A stretch of 63,681 nucleotides of DNA, the filler included, from Saprolegnia diclina VS20 (Eukaryota), in assembly GCF_000281045.1 (NCBI RefSeq). It is 7 parts of 3 records of this genome, joined end to end, with 100 filler letters (N's around TTAATTAATTAA, not from the genome) between each part and the next. Parts side by side here need not be neighbours in the genome. Positions count along the whole stretch, not along the records: positions 19,178 to 41,229 come from NW_008246104.1; 6 more parts are not named here. One strand, written 5' to 3'. Position 1 is the first letter of the stretch. Each line of letters starts with the position of its first letter. The position numbers and the translations under genes are program-made. This document shows, piece after piece, positions 26,813 to 39,124 of this stretch. Below the pieces are notes generated by a model. That model saw only the letters and a program-made list of their open reading frames with translations, was not told the origin of the DNA and ran no database searches.

Positions 26813-28684
26813 CTACGCCATGCGCCGCCGCTTGACTTCGCTTGGGTCTCGCCCCGAGACGACGGTCACGGGCGGAAGGTACCGGCCGAGCCCGGCGAGG
26901 GCCTCGTACAACGCCTGCTGCCGGGCGAGCCACTCGTTGCGGCGGCCAATGCACTCGGTCGAGGGCGGTCGTCGCGGGCTCTTCTCGGTCTCGTCCATCA
27001 TCTCGTCCATACATTCATGCAAGAGCCGCTCGACGTCGGCCATGAAGCCGCGCAAGAGGCGTAGGATCTCGCGCTGCATCGCATCTCCAACCAGGTGTTG
27101 CTGCACGCGGAGGAACCCACGGATGTGGAAGAGCGCGTCAAAATGCGGGGCCCACTGCGGCCGCGTCTCGACGGCTTGCGCCACCAACGACGCCTCTGCG
27201 TCACTCGGGCGCGACGCCACCACGAGCGCGTCCGTGTTGGTCGTGTACAAATCCGGTCCGAGGTTCCAGTCGCGAATGTTCTCGACGACCGTAAGCGCCC
27301 TTGCTTTCGTCGCTTGGAGGGCATTCAGCAGCGTGCGGAGGCCAATGTGGCGCATCGAGTCGGTGTAGCGCTCGTTGCCGTGGACGCTGGTGCGGAGTTC
27401 GTCGTGGAAGAGCCCAAAGAGCTCGTCGACGAACGTGTGCATGATGCTATACGTGTGCGTCGCAAAGACCTCGGTCCACTTCTGCAGCGGCATGCGCGGG
27501 TGGTGGAACGACTCGTTCGCGACGCCGCGCGACCGGAACGTCATCTCCTTGACTTCGACGACGAGATCGAGTAGCAGCAATGCGTCGCCCGACAGTTTGC
27601 CCAGAGTCTCAAACCCCGCGAGGTCGAGGCGCCGGTCCTCAGGGGACTGGATCGACCCGAACGGGGTCATTTGCCAGCCGAGAATGTCGTGCACGACGCG
27701 CTCCATCGAGACGCGGAGCTCGGGCAAGAACGCGTCAAAGATGGTTTGAATCGACTGCGCCACGTCGTGGACTTCGCGCGCCATGAGCAAGCCCAGCCGG
27801 AACGACTGCTGCTCGAGCTTGGCCAGCGTGCTCGCGCACACTCCGAGGTGCAACTGGATCTGTCGCTCGAGCGCTGGCAGACTCATGTCCATGACGTACT
27901 GCAGCATGCGTTCGTTAAGGAGCGTATGGAGACCTTCAGTGGCGTCGTCGTCGTGATCCAGAATCAAAATGGCCTCCGTCGGTACGACGAGATCGCGCGG
28001 AATGAGGGTGGCAGCAATGTACGCGGCGTCCGGGCAGTCGTCGCTGAGGTCGCCCATGGTAAAGATGTTGAGCGTCCTGTCGAGGCTCGGGTCCATCTGC
28101 CGCACGAGGTCCCAGGACCGAATCGCTTCCAATGGCTTGTTGAGCGGTACGACGTGTAAGATGAGGCCGTGCTCCGGCTCCATGTACGTCCGGAGAAGGT
28201 CGTGGACGTCTTGGTCTTCTTGGTGCGACACCGACTTGCTGTGTTCGTACGGCACGCCGGGAAGGTCCACGAGGATGGCCTCGGGAAGGTACGCGTCGGT
28301 CTTGATCACGTGGACCTTGTGGTGGCAGTCGTAGCTCTGGCCCTGCAGCACGAGGCTCTGCGCGTACTCGAGGCGCTCCTTCGAAACGAAATCCGAGAGC
28401 GCGGCCTTATGCGCCAGCACCTTGGTCGACGGCGCTTCGTGCGCGTCGGAGCGGCGCAGCGTGAGCTCGTACGCCACGCGCGTGCACGCGCCATCGTGCG
28501 TCCCGCGCGGGAACGGGAAGTCGGCGATGCGCGAGAGAAGTGACGACTTGCCCGCCGCCTGCATGCCCACGACGACGACGGAAGGCGGCGTGAGCGGCGT
28601 CGCGTCGAAGGCTGCGAGCGCGCGCTTGGCGACGTCGACGGCGTCGAGGAGCCGCCGGGCCTGCGGGTCCGATATCGTTGCCAT
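26813..28684 (-). CDS. Divergent dynamin-related (Mx-like) GTPase, intronless, 623 aa
   Basis: PSVVVVGMQAAGKSSLL (G1), FPRG...CTR (G2), LVDLPG (G3), DPSLDRTLNIFTMGD (G4 variant), then a helical middle/GED-like region. Confidence 0.85.
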   Translation of the reverse strand: MATISDPQARRLLDAVDVAKRALAAFDATPLTPPSVVVVGMQAAGKSSLLSRIADFPFPRGTHDGACTRVAYELTLRRSDAHEAPSTKVLAHKAALSDFVSKERLEYAQSLVLQGQSYDCHHKVHVIKTDAYLPEAILVDLPGVPYEHSKSVSHQEDQDVHDLLRTYMEPEHGLILHVVPLNKPLEAIRSWDLVRQMDPSLDRTLNIFTMGDLSDDCPDAAYIAATLIPRDLVVPTEAILILDHDDDATEGLHTLLNERMLQYVMDMSLPALERQIQLHLGVCASTLAKLEQQSFRLGLLMAREVHDVAQSIQTIFDAFLPELRVSMERVVHDILGWQMTPFGSIQSPEDRRLDLAGFETLGKLSGDALLLLDLVVEVKEMTFRSRGVANESFHHPRMPLQKWTEVFATHTYSIMHTFVDELFGLFHDELRTSVHGNERYTDSMRHIGLRTLLNALQATKARALTVVENIRDWNLGPDLYTTNTDALVVASRPSDAEASLVAQAVETRPQWAPHFDALFHIRGFLRVQQHLVGDAMQREILRLLRGFMADVERLLHECMDEMMDETEKSPRRPPSTECIGRRNEWLARQQALYEALAGLGRYLPPVTVVSGRDPSEVKRRRMA

Positions 28685-29154
28685 CGCAAGACCGGAAAGC
28701 CGTCAAATCGATTGTGATTGGAGCAATGGCACGGCGGCCGCCGATTGGCCAAAATGCGCCTTAAGCTGCATTTTGCGAGTGGAAGGAGGGTGGCGCCATT
28801 CTCGCCTTCTTGCTGGCGCTCGTCGATCGCTAGCAATATTCGACTATAATCTCGACTCCGTAGGAGCCATTGTGGCGCGAGTTTAGGGTAAGGAAGCGAC
28901 GTTGTCTCGTCCGGTCTATGTAGAAGCATGACTGAGGTTGCAGTTGGAGAGGGTTAGGGACAGACCATTCACGCGAACGAACTCTCTTCAGTGGACGGGT
29001 TCTCATGCTAGTGGGGTAGCTGAATACAATCGCCTCGAGGACAGACTCGTAGCAGCTACAGCTCAACACGATCGTTCGAATTCCAATGATGAGGGACCTT
29101 GCAGATGTGGTATGTGACTTGTGTATGAGAAGCTGGATAGAGGAAATGAGAGTG

Positions 29155-30841
29155 TTATTTCTTGCATGTGGCAACTTGGACGGTGCTCGCGATGCACGCC
29201 CGAGCCCGCACGATCTGCTCTGCGAGACGAGCCACGGACGCCGCCATCGTCGGCATCTTGGTAGCCGTGGTGCTCTCTCCTTTCGGTACTGCAGAGAGCA
29301 GACGTGGAGGAGCAGCAATGTCGTCCGTTGCCTCCATCACTGTCGCTCGACGCATGAGCTCTTTGTGCACCAACGCTAGGTTCCACTTGTGCAGGACGAC
29401 GCACTGGGCCTTGAATGCAGCGTTGATCTTGACGTTTGTAGCAGCCAGTTGAATCGCGCAGTCAAACTTGACGGCCGCCAACTGAGCCGTGTGGCGAGCG
29501 TTGCAAGTTGAAAGGTCCAGCGACTTGGCGACGACCCGGCGACGTACCTCGCGCCCGTAGGCTTCAGGGGCTGGAGTTGTCGGTGCGGTTGCAGAACGTG
29601 TTGGAAGCGACGAAGCGCACACACGGGGCGGGGTTGCATCCAAGGCGCCGACTGCCATCGATGTCGCATTCGTCGACGAGTTCCAGCGGGGACACTTTCC
29701 ACCATTTAGTCATCTGCAATTGCCGCCTTTTGCATCTCTCAAATGTCTTTCTCGTCACACGCGAAGGCTCCAGCGATGTGTCACTGCCGACGTTGGTGTC
29801 CACGCGTCCTGCTGAGCGCTCCAAGATTCGTTTTAGGCTAAGATTGGCAACGTTCTGGGCCGCTGTAGAGTGCTCGTCCATACAAAAGTCAATACAGACC
29901 ATTTTGTCCTCGATCGAAACAANNNNNNNNNNNNNNNNNNNNNNNNNNNNNNNNNNNNNNNNNNNNNNNNNNNNNNNNNNNNNNNNNNNNNNNNNNNNNN
30001 NNNNNNNNNNNNNNNNNNNNNNTCGTTTTAGGCTAAGATTGGCAACGTTCTGGGCCGCTGTAGAGTGCTCGTCCATACAAAAGTCAATACAGACCATTTT
30101 GTCCTCGATCGAAACAAGATTTATAGGAGTGGTTAGCAAGGACGGCCGCGTCATTGGCAGCTCAAACCTGGGCGGGTGGAACCCCGAGCTCCCGGAGCGC
30201 AACTTCCGATTATGTCGTTCGTTGATCACGTCCGCGGGTGAGCCACGTGCAGCTGACGTCACTTGCACATGCAGATCGTATTCGAGCGAGAGATAGTCGG
30301 AGAAGAGTCTTGAGAACTCTTTGAACTGGCTGCTCACCACCCCCAGAAGTTGAATCGGCTGTTGCAACGACCCCAAGGTCGGTCTGCTTGGGTGACTGGC
30401 GCCTCGTTGGTTGGTTCTACCGGCTCCTACCACGGCGGCTTGTCGAAAAGACCACCGCCGTAGCACTCGTGCACTTTCGACACGCGTGAGGTCGAGATGG
30501 ACATCGGTCGCCGTTAAAGGCAACTCGTCCCACTGCGCGCGCTCCATGCGCACATCTTGCAGATCACGCTGCTGGATCGTCTTTGCGAGACTCACAGAAG
30601 CATCCTTGCCGCCATGAGTTATATTGACCGTCGCACCGGTCTCGCACTGGCACACGCCCCACGCCCCATCATCCATGGTCAGAGAGGCGTTGACCTCGTC
30701 GTCGCGCTCTGGTGGCACTGCGCACTCCGTCGCAGGCCTGGCTCTGGCCGGCTGCTGCGACATGTCGCTTCGGCAACCTCTCGTCGGGCTTGAGACAATG
30801 TCGGCATCTTCCAAACTCGCCTTTGTAGCGGCAACGGCCAC
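29155..30841 (-). CDS. Possible coding region: C-terminal extension of the helicase or a separate hypothetical gene, interrupted by a gap
   Basis: Long minus-strand ORFs 29564-30841 and 29155-29658. Part of the latter has a diverged copy at about 35640-35745. No family recognised. Confidence 0.35.
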
Positions 30842-31120
30842 ACGGCTTCGCTTTGAGGCCAGAATGTGAAGAGTGACGAGCGCACAAGGATGCTTTGATG
30901 CAGCATCAATGATGCTTAGTGAGTCGCACGACTATTTAGAATCGTAAGAGATGGTACGTTTGTGACGAGCAATCAACGTACGGTCGGTCCGTCAGCAAGG
31001 AGCATCGGGAGGCTTGATTTGGGAGGGTTTGATGATCATGCCACACACGTCGAGGTGCTCTGTCAAGAATGAGTATTTCACACACAACAGGATGTATGAA
31101 GAGGACGATGTCTGCCGTGA

Positions 31121-34100
31121 TCAGCATCTCGCTGAGCGATCGGAGACCCACACATCCCTTGCAGCACGAGGGTCGTACGTGATGGCATGATGATCGCGAC
31201 TTACGTCTGGCGCCGCCGCATACATTTCGAGTAGGGCCTTGTGCACCTTTGCATGATGGGCTTTAAGCGCGGCGTCGGTCTCCGTGTCGTTCCAAAGCTC
31301 GATAAACGACTTGTTTCTGGTCACAAAGTGCGTCTTGAGCTTCACCGCTTGCTGGACCATCTTGCGCCAAATGGAGCACGAGGTGAGCAGCTCTGCGTGC
31401 CCTACGACAAGCTTGACGCGGATTTCGTCCATAGGCAAAAGCGCGCGTACCAACGACGATGATGTTGGAGCGAGAGCGCGTTAGTGCGACGTTTGCGCGC
31501 GGGTTTTCCGTGAGGAAGCCTGGTTCATGGACGCGGACAGTGCTCAGCAAAACGATATCGGCCTCATGTCCCTGTTTGTGCACACAAATGAGAAAGATAT
31601 ACGCGAGAGAGAATGTGGAATAGCCTGAAAAGCGTCAATTGTGTTGACTTGGACGTCGGTCCACTTCTCGGCGGCCACATTTTCTCGGAGCAACTCGACT
31701 TGGCCCTTGTACGGCGAGAGGATCGCGTACGACCGCGTCGCGCTAGCTCGCAGCGTCTTGATGTGGCGCACCTAGACCATTTCCGTGGGACATACCGAGA
31801 CAACATAAACGCGGGGTACCATGTCCGTGATGTAGACAGCTTCCGCGTTGTTGTAAAACGAGCCGTTGGCGTAGCTCTCTTCACCACGCACGTCGTAGCA
31901 AGCGAACGGTTGCAGCGTCGGGTGCTTATATATGTTGTCGCCTTCCAGCCGTGCAAAAACGGCCCGACCGCTCTTGAGGTTGCCGTCGTAAAAGTTTGTC
32001 GACGAGAAGTGCGCGATGAGTGGGTGCATGCGGTATTGAATCTAGGCAACATAGGCGCTACGAAGGCCGTTTTGCGACTCAGTGGCGTACCTGGAGCTTC
32101 GACACGCAAACACCGGCAATCTCAAGCCGCTCGAATAACGAGCGGCCATATTTTGCGCGCTTGACTGCTTCCGAGGTGACCGTCGCTCGTAACTGCTGCA
32201 CGTCGCCGATAAAAATATGACGGCAAGTGCGGACGCGGAAAGCGAGCAGGGCGCTCAACTCGACGGCTTGCGCCGCTTCGTCGACAATGATGGCGGCAAA
32301 CCTAGCATGGTTCATTACACAAAAGACCGCAGAAAAGGTGGGTGTACCCGTGGTCCACAACGTCCAGCGTGCCGTTGCCAAGCGACGAAAGCGTGCCGAC
32401 GACAAACGTGGTGTTGCCGACGATGGTTTTTGTCTTTTCCAAGCGGATGCGCGCGATCGTCTCGGCGATCTCCTTGATGCTGGCGCCGAGTTGGTTGCGC
32501 TCGGTGCGCAGCGCTCTCTCGCAGCGCTTAGAGTTGTTGAGGTTGAGTGCCTCCTTGATCGCGTCACGGGCTTTGTGTTTCTCCTTGCGCCGGGCGAGAA
32601 GCGTCGCCACATGATCACAGGCGTCCATCGCCTTGTCGACCACGAGCGTGAGGCAAAACGGCTTGAGCACCTTGGGCACGAGATCGGGCTTGGCGTTGAC
32701 AACCATCGTGAAGCGCTGGTCTTCTGGCGCGTCGCTTGGCGTCTTGATCGTGGTGCGGCTGCCGTCGGTGTCCACAAGGCACTCCGGTTGGAGAAGTCGA
32801 GTAGCGAACCCAAACGCCGCCTTGTTTGAGGGCGCGGCGATCAAGACCGGCAGCAGACCAAAGCGCGTCGCCGCCGTGCGAACCAGAAGCTGCGTAGTAG
32901 CCAGGCAGTTGGCAAGTGCAACCGACGCGGTGGTCTTCCCGGTACCAGGCGGGCCTTGCAACAAGGCAATCGGTGCAGGACTGTTGAGAATCTCCTTGAT
33001 CGCCGCCCGCTGCGCGTCGTCAACCTGGGACGAGACGGTGTGCCAAACGACCCTCGGAACCAATCGAGGGGGAGAGTTGGTCGCCCGCTACGTTTTGATG
33101 TCACCATGAGACCGGCTCTTCAGCACAAGCATGACCGCACCTCGAATTCAATCGCAGTCGACCACTTGATGGAAAGCGCGCGCGCGGCTTTGGTAACGTT
33201 CTTGTCGCTGCGCGCGCCGAGGTCTTGGACAGTTGCGAGGATGCGCGTCGACTATTCACGTCGCGGTGCATAAGACCCAAGCATTACCGATGCGCGCGCG
33301 TACATAGAACTCGCCGAGCGTCATCGCCGTGTCGTCCAAGCTGCGTAAGATGCCGAGAATTTCCATGTCGGCTGTCGATCCCTATGGTTGATGTTAGCAG
33401 TGGTAGATACAACGGTATTGATCGCACCGGCGTTGAACGCAGCTTCCGAAGGCTCGCGTCGTGCTTCTTGACGGTGCAGCGAACCGACGCCGCGTGGGTG
33501 GGCTGCAAAATCATGCGGCGCAGCGTCGCCGGGACTTGGCCGAGGGACGATAACGCAACAAACTCGCGCATCTGCGAGATCAAATTGACCCCGAAAACCA
33601 CCGACCACTTGGTGCTGGTTTGTGGACGGGCGCCGTCTTCGAGTAGCGCAAAAAACCGCGCTTTGTCTGCTTGGTCTTGACCCACAATGATGCCATAGAC
33701 CTGCGTACGACCACACTACATGAAAGAAGCCGTTAGTAGTCATAAAGAGTGTCGTGACGAGGTAGAATACCTTGAGGCGGACAACGTCATGCATATGCAA
33801 CGACTCGTGCAGGTTCCACGGGACCGCGCTGAAACGCCACACGTCGTGATGCGTTCGCTCTTGGCACACTAATGCGACGTCGCGTTTTGCATACTTCTCG
33901 AACCTAAACCATAAAATTGAAAGAGTCGGGGGCATGCAGAGGAATGTATACCCTTGGTGAGTCGCGTGGGCGGTTTCCGCGACGAGCAGCGGCTGCCAGA
34001 CGTCGACGTACTCTTTGACGTTGTCGTACGAGATGCTGGGCTCTTGCAGGGCTTTGTGACTCTTGGAGCCGAGCTGCTTGAGAATAGCCACAAAAAATGG

Positions 34101-34943
34101 CAAGGTATCTGGCGACGTGTGTGCTCGCGTCAAGTCCAGCGCAGCCTTGTACTGCCGCACAACGTCGTGATCTGCCGACGTGAGAAGGCGCGTCGGTGTC
34201 AGTCGACTAGAAACGGCCGGCTTGTTTGGTGCGACGTCACGGCGCGTCACGACAACGGCATGCGTTGGCTTGGTTTTGGGCGTCTTCATCGTCGACGGCT
34301 TCAAGCGCGGGCTCGACGGACGCGGCGACGCAGCGTTCTGTACGCTGGAAAGTCGAGGGTGCGTCTTTGGGTGGGGTGTGCGCTTCTTTGACGCCAGCAT
34401 TGTTGCCTTGGTTGGATTGAGCATGGATAGGACCGTCGCCGTGATCACCGCTGCACGTCCACTGCGCGTCACGGCCTGGAAAAAGCTCTCGAGCTCTCGA
34501 GCCCCGACAACGACGATGCGCGCGTGCTCTGACGCATCGGGGAGCTCATGCGTGCACAAGACGACGATCCGACCAAACACCAGCGGCGCGAGCGCGATAA
34601 TGTCGTTGTAGCTCGGTGTCATGGGGCGACAGCTCTTGGAAGCACCCATGATGACGTGAAGCAAGTCGTCCCCGACCATAAAGTAGTCGCCTACAGCGAC
34701 CATTTCGTCCCCAGGGCTCCACTTAGGAGCCGAGATATCACGGAGGGAAGATGATCCATCTTCATCGAGGGACTTGCGGACGTCGTGGTCGACCCAGATC
34801 GTCATGACGAGGACGCGGAACGTCGTCAAGTCGAAGCGCGTGAAGACCGCAGAGACCTCTCTGCTGCGGACGCGGAGGTTTTGATCTTGATCCTTGATCA
34901 GGAAGCTCTCCATGGCGCCGACGTCCATGGCGCCACCGTCCAT
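31121..34943 (-). CDS. Upf1-like superfamily 1 helicase (Sen1/senataxin-type AAA_11/AAA_12), multi-exon, 3' end uncertain
   Basis: YVDVWQPLLVAE, LLQGPPGTGKTT, VLIAAPSNKA, IVDEAAQAVE, IGDVQQL, YGRSLFERL, QYRMHP.I..F.S..FY, ILSPYKGQ, VNTIDAFQGHEAD and NVALTRSR. Confidence 0.88.
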
Positions 34944-35639
34944 CTTCCCGATAGCGCGCCGATCGATTTTGAGGTGCCAATCGCACTTTAGCGGACAAAT
35001 TATTTAAATAGCTCGATCAATACAAACACCAGATATAAGGGATCCGCATTTAAATGTAGAAAGGCCTCCCGATGTCTTGACACACGCAACAAGATATTGT
35101 ATTTTGTGAGGCTCATCAGAATCCAGGGTGTATTTTGGCGTGTTTTTAGCAATTAGCGTGTCGATCGCCAGGCAGATGCACCGATCACGAGACCGCATTC
35201 ATTGCAAGCGGTGCTAGAACTATGGTTCGCTGCGTGCAGCCATAGACCGTTTTTGTTGGCCGTTTGAAGTCATTCAATATCGATGGTTACGCTCAGAAGC
35301 TTCGGCATGTACTGTACATCCTAGCGACGCCCGCCATTTCATTCAAGATCTCATTTCCACGCAGCAGGAGCGCAGCACGGAAACGATACCTACAGTCTAA
35401 ACCGGACTCCTGCAGTATGCGTTGGCTAAGATATTTTTCGCGTTGCAGGCCCGAGCATGTCAGATTTGCAACGAGACGAGCCATGGGCGGTTCTCGGGTG
35501 GTTCTCGGTAGTGGTGTCGTTGCTTCTTTCTGGGACTACAGGGTGGAGACATGATGTTACCGCAATGTTTTTAGGATGGATTCACTGCTGTCGCTCGTCG
35601 CGTGAACTCATTTCGGGGTGCAAACTTTTATGTATCCCA

Positions 35640-35830
35640 GAGCTCATGGTCCACCAACGCTAGGTTCCACGTGCAACGCACTAGGCTTGAATGCAGCGTT
35701 GACCTTTATGTTGGCAGCAGCCATTTGGATCGCACAGTCAACCTTAGTACGTTCAGGATCACAAACTGCACGTTGTCGTAAATGTACCGACTCTCGATTG
35801 CAGGGTAGATCCGTGCGCATAAGCTTCTCG
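35640..35830 (-). pseudogene. Degenerate copy of the 29356-29560 coding segment
   Basis: KVDCAIQMAAANIKVNAAFK versus KFDCAIQLAATNVKINAAFK; small indels break the frame. Confidence 0.6.
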
Positions 35831-36268
35831 ATGAGACCAAGAAAGTTACAGCCGTGGTGTCGTTTACTGCTAGTGCACGTCGTATTTTGAGTGCAGCGTT
35901 GGTGCAGCAGCCATATCTTCTTAGACCCCACCATCCACCGCTGTGAAGACCATTGCCTCGCTGGCACTCTATACCTGCGCTGCCTTGCACTTGCATGTCA
36001 GTTTGCGCGTCGGTCGTATCGCACTTGAAACCTTGATACTATTGCAAATCCGTTCGTTCTATCGTATACAAAGCACACTCGTATACGAAGCCAACATCTC
36101 TGGAAGGTGTTGTTTCAGTCATTTTGCGCAATAGCATTGATCTCGTGGCCGCCTGGCTTGCACCGATGGCTCTGGAAGTCCAAACCTCCTAAACTCGATG
36201 CTTCAAGATACAAAGATAGAGGTTTTCAGGTGCATGTGCACGCCGCCGGTGCATAAAACAAGAAGCTC

Positions 36269-38423
36269 ATGCTGCGCGCAGGCCACCGGTCGCGCGTGCT
36301 CATCGCCGGCGGCGGGCCCGTTGGGCTCACGCTCGGACTGCTCCTCGAGCACGTGTACAAGGTCCCCGTGGACATCGTCGACCGGCAGCTCTCGCCCACG
36401 CACCACCCGCAAGCCCACTTTATGAACCTGCGCTCGATGGAGATCTTGCGCACGCACCTGCCCGTGCTGCACGACCGCGTCCTCGACCACGCCGCGCCGC
36501 CGCACCAAGTACGCCTTCTCCTCCCATCTCTCTTTTCCTACAGATACCGCATCTAGTGGCGCGACTACGTCTACTGCGCCCGCGTCATGGGCAACGAGCT
36601 CGCGCGCGTCGACCAGTTTGGCCCGAGCATTCGCCGCCCGCCCGCGTCGCCCGGCTTCCGCAACGAGCTCAGCGAGAGCTTGCACTACTTGTCGCCGACA
36701 CAGCCCGTCCACTTTCCCCAGCACAAGTTTGAAGACCTCCTGAGCGCGTACGCAACCGAGGCCGGGCTCCGCTTCCGTCGCGGCATCGAGCTCACGCGCC
36801 TCGAGACGACGCGCACCGACCGACTGCGCGTGGCGCTGCGCAACGTGTACGTATCTTTGTCCCGACTCGCCATCTCATCGTTATCGCAGGCAATCGGGCG
36901 CAACTGAAGAGCACGAGTACGCATATGTCATTGGCTGCGACGGCGCCCACAGCAAGGTGCGCGCGGCCGTCGGCGTGCCCATGGAAGGCTCGTCCAAGCT
37001 CCAGAGCCTCGTCAACGTGCATTTTACGAGCCACAAGGTCGTCCTTTCTCGAGTGGTATTCGGTTTGGTTGCTCAAACGTGGGTGTTCTAGCTCGCAGAA
37101 CACGCGCGCACGTGCCCGGCCATGCTCTACTTTGTGGTACGTTCATATTGTCTTGGTTCTCTTGACGACAAAGTTGACCTGCCTTGTCATCTAGTTTAAC
37201 CACTCGGTGATTGGTGTCTTGATCGCCCACGACCTCGAGAAGGGCGAGTGGGTCTTCCAAATCCCGTGTTTCCCGTCAAATCCCAAGAAGCCGCTTGCCG
37301 AGTACTCGACAGCAGCTTGCGACGCGCTCATTCGCGCGGCAGCCACCGCGTCCGGCGCGGCCTCGCTCGACGTCGACATTCACTCGGTCGGCTACTGGGA
37401 GATGCAGGCGCAGGTCGCTGCCACGTACTGTGCGGCCGACGATCGCGTCTTCTTGGCCGGCGATGCTGCGCACCGGTTCCCGCCCGCCGGTGGCTTTGGC
37501 ATGAACACGGGCATCCAGGTTTGCATTTTCCACGAAGCGAATTTCAATCTCTTAGAGAGTAGGACGCGCACAACCTCGCGTGGCGGCTTGCGCGGCACCT
37601 GCACGGGGCGCCGACATCGCTGCGTCAGTACTCGGCCGAGCGCCAGCCGATCGCGACGGCCACGACGGCGCTGAGTCTCCAGAACTTTGAGCGGACGCTG
37701 CGGGTGCCGAGCGCGCTCCACGTCTCGTACGCGTCGGCGCAGCAGCTGGAAGCTGCGACGCACTCGTCTCTCTTCCAGTTGCTGCCATCCAGTGTGCGCC
37801 AGTCGGTCGTCTCGTCGGCGTTGGCGGCTGGGTCGGCCCACCTCCGGTCGCTCGAAGACGCAGCGTCCAACATTGGCGCGCACCTCCGTCGCCGCGTCGC
37901 CGAGATTGTGCAGCGACGCAAGGCCATCGGCATGCTCGTACCATGGAGATGCATAAGAACTGAGTGGCTCATGTATCTGATCTAGTTTTTCAAGTGGGAT
38001 CTGGGCTACGTCTACAACGCGCCGTTCCCAAACGCCACCGACGCGGCCCTCGATGCGTCGCACGAGTTCAATTCTCCTAATGGCTTTGTTCCGTCGGTTC
38101 AAGTCGGCGGGCGCCTCCCCCACAAATGGCTGCGCTGGACGGCCACCGATGCGGTCGTCTCGACGCTCGACTTGCCGCACTTGATGGCCGCGTCGAATGG
38201 CACGCCCGAGTACGTGCTTTTGGTGCTGGACACGACAGTGCCGTCTCTCTCGGTGCCGACGGTCGTCGTCGGCGCGTCGGCGACGTTTGTCGATGCGACC
38301 GAGTCGCTAGGATCTGAGGTCGCCGCGCTGCTCGTGCGTCCCGATGGCCACATTGCGCAGGTGTGGGCCGCTGCCACCGACGTCACGCAGGCCGCCATCG
38401 ATACAGCGATTGCCACCACGTAG
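36269..38423 (+). CDS. FAD-dependent aromatic monooxygenase (FAD_binding_3; PheA/TfdB-like), multi-exon
   Basis: VLIAGGGPVG, HPQAHFMN.RSMEI, IGCDGAHS, FLAGDAAHRFPPAGGFGMNTGIQDAHNLAW, GGRLPH.W and LVRPDGHI. Confidence 0.92.
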
Positions 38424-39124
38424 AGTCAATCTTTCCCACATAGATCGTCGTATAGATCTTCTTATAAGAAGAGAGAACCAAGGTGCGCGTCCACGAGGTC
38501 GATCTTGGGTGGCGGGCTAGGGTTGCCGTACGTCGTCCCACGCCGCGTCTGCCGTGGTCGCAGAGACCCGCATGTAGCAGCTCGTACGTTGGCACACATG
38601 TAGGATTGGGCAGCGCTGCATGACCACGCATGTCATTCAACAGGCAGATTCGGATGGTCACCCAGCGAAATCTAAGTCCGCAGGTTGTGGGATGTCGTCC
38701 GGTGAAGTCGGCGACGAAGCTGTCCCGCAGCTGGGACCAGGTGGACGCTCTTGGAAAGTCGCTTTTCATTTCATTTCGCTGCGAGAAGGCCAGCTGCCAT
38801 TGCGTTGTCTTCCCGCGTCCTCCGAGCACAGGATACCCCGGATATCCGAAAACTGAAAATGAAAAATCTGCCGAAAAAACTCAATGCTTTGCATGCAAAT
38901 CACTGGGCCGCAGACGCGTCGTGTGCTTCGAGGTGCCAGAGCCGCAGCCCATGACAGCAGTCTTCGTTGTCGTCTCGTCCTCGGAGGAGGATCGTTGAGG
39001 GCATTTGGCGTGTTCGTCGAAATGGAACTTTAGTGAAGGCCTCACTTTTTTTGAAATTCAGCTGCTTTCGACGTGGGACACGTTTGGCTGGAGCCAGAGC
39101 GGCAGCAGATCCGCATTTGCCAGC

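Noticed and set aside
29828..30117. 95-bp direct repeat around a 100-N gap
   Set aside because: These are identical unmerged contig overlaps, an assembly artefact.
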